DNA from: Octopus sinensis
Taxonomy: Eukaryota
Assembly (NCBI RefSeq): GCF_006345805.1
Contig: NC_043010.1
Span: 10,974,001 to 11,038,000 of the forward strand
Direction of reading: 5' to 3'
DNA: 64,000 nt
The position numbers and the translations under genes were made by a program. Below the pieces are notes generated by a model. It saw nothing but the letters and a program-made list of their open reading frames with translations, was not told the DNA's origin and made no database searches. Shown here one piece after another: positions 62,054-64,000 of this stretch. The stretch's first letter is position 1; every line of letters starts with the position of its first letter.

Positions 62054-62764
62054 GCAGTTGTCTTCTTAATTATAAAAGCCATTTACCAAATAAAATGAAA
62101 TAAAATAAAATAAAATGAAATAAAATAAAATAAAATAAAATAAAATAAAATAAAATATATGAAACAAGTTGAGATTAAAACAAAAAAAATAATAAAAATA
62201 AGGCTTATGGTGTTATTAGAAATATTGGTTTGTTGATTAGATGCAATATCTTTGTATATGTAATGGTGAAGAAGTATTGATCTCTTGTACATATAGGTGT
62301 CTATGACAGGAAATGCACACAAGATCCTGATATCAATGCTAACAACTACAACCCACTGTAACAAGCTACTTGATCATATAGTTACTGGGCATTGCAGGAA
62401 ACTGCGCTGTTTATTTATTTTATATATGACTGTAGAGAAGACATTTTTCTGTTGCAAACGTTAGGCTGAAAAAGCGGTGGTTGGGTGGGAAAAAGAGGAA
62501 ACCTTAAAGACACCATTAGACTGAAATGGACAGTCTAAGCAGACATGAACAAAACACGCACACACACACACGTGCATGTATGCACACATGCACTTGTGTA
62601 GACATGCACATATGAACACATGCACATATGCGTGCATTCATATTCACACAAGCGTCATAAAGTAGTCGAGGGGTGGGGGATCACTCAATAGGATTGGTCG
62701 ATTTGCTAGAAATAATAACAAGCTTTATTTTTCACAAATAACACAATACTACATTTCATCTTCT

Positions 62765-63114
62765 GCCTTTTACTTGTCTCAGTCATCAGGCTATGGCCAT
62801 GCTGGGGCATCACCTTGAAGAATGTTTAGTCGAATAAATTGACCCCAGAATTTCTTTTTTTTAAAGCCAGCTACTTATTCTATTGGTCTCTTTTATCAAA
62901 CTGCTAAGTTACGGGGGGACGTAAACACACCAACACGCATTGTGAAGTAGCGTTGGAGAACAAACACAGACATAAAAACATACACACACATATATACAAT
63001 ATCTATTTATCTATCTGTATATGTATATATGTATATATGTATATATGTGTGTGTGTATGTGTATGTGTGTGTGTGTGTGTATATATGTGTGTGTGTGAGT
63101 GTGTGTGTATATAG

Positions 63115-63147
<33 letters not shown>

Positions 63148-63315
63148 CATATATACATACATACATACGATGGGCTTCTTTCAGTTTCCATCTACCAAAT
63201 CCACTCACAAGGCTTTGGTTGGCCTGAGGCTATAGTAGAAGACATGTGCCATGCAGTAGGACTGAACCTGAACCATGTACTTGGGAAGCAAGCTTCTTAC
63301 CACACAGCCATGGCT
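62765..63315 (-). mobile_element. SINE family A, decayed
   Basis: Tail 62765-62980 and head 63170-63315. Confidence 0.8.
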
Positions 63316-63529
63316 GCAGTTATTTTTACGAAAAATAATAGAAGGAAATCTATAATAAAGAGTATATAATATAGAAATAGATACACAAAGAAATAAATGA
63401 TGAGGTGGTCATGACTGGAACGTTTTTGATTATAGGTTGGCTTGATCAGGGCTGAAATAGTACTAAGCAAGAACCTCACAATGCAACATACACTGATACA
63501 AGAATTTACAAACACGAGCACATTCCTTA

Positions 63530-63561
<32 letters not shown>

Positions 63562-63689
63562 ATGTGCATTTCTTCGTGTGTATGTGTGCATGTTTCTGTG
63601 TGTGTGTATGTGTGTGTATATATGTGTATACATACACATAGACATAAACAAAGTTTTTGTACAAAAAAATGGTCCCAGAATTATTTCAT

Positions 63690-63830
63690 ACAGTGGTTGG
63701 TGTTAGGAAAGGCATCCAACCATAGAAACGAATCCAAAACAGATGATTGAAGCCTGGTGCAGGTCTCCAGCTTACCACCTCTGATCAAACCATCTAACCC
63801 ATGCCAGCATGGAAAGCAGACGTTAAATGA
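63690..63830 (+). mobile_element. SINE-like family D 3' part
   Basis: GGAAAGGCATCC...AACCCATGCCAGCATGG...GTTAAA(TGA)n. Confidence 0.8.
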
Positions 63831-64000
63831 TGATGATGATGATGATAATGATGATGATGATGATGAAGATGGAGATGAAGATGATAATGATGATGATGAA
63901 GATGGTGATGATGATGAAGAGGATGATGAAGATGATGAAGATGATGAAGATGATGATGATAATGATGATGATGATGATGATAATGATGATGATGAAGATG
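63828..64000. repeat. (GAT)n microsatellite
   Basis: Direct reading. Confidence 0.95.

Overview
AT-rich, microsatellite-dense eukaryotic DNA. The repeat families (several tRNA-headed SINEs, RTE, CR1 and R4/Dong LINE relics) look like a coleoid cephalopod, probably Octopus; this is recognition from memory, not a search. No intact protein-coding gene can be supported, and nearly all ORF-track entries are translated microsatellites or SINEs. The window is intergenic or intronic DNA containing: a decayed Chapaev-type DNA transposon with an internal 17x55-bp minisatellite, a CR1-clade RT fragment, R4/Dong, RTE and Penelope-like fragments, a mariner relic, a small Helitron, MITEs and many SINE copies. 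The main unexplained signal is seven hammerhead-ribozyme motifs. Two have canonical intact cores (13675-13747, 45843-45922), two have a U3-A8 covariant core, two are minimal dimer-type motifs and one is decayed. Several are enclosed by long inverted-repeat arms or by direct terminal repeats, suggesting Penelope-like or retrozyme-like self-cleaving elements. All pairings were derived by hand and need computational and experimental confirmation.
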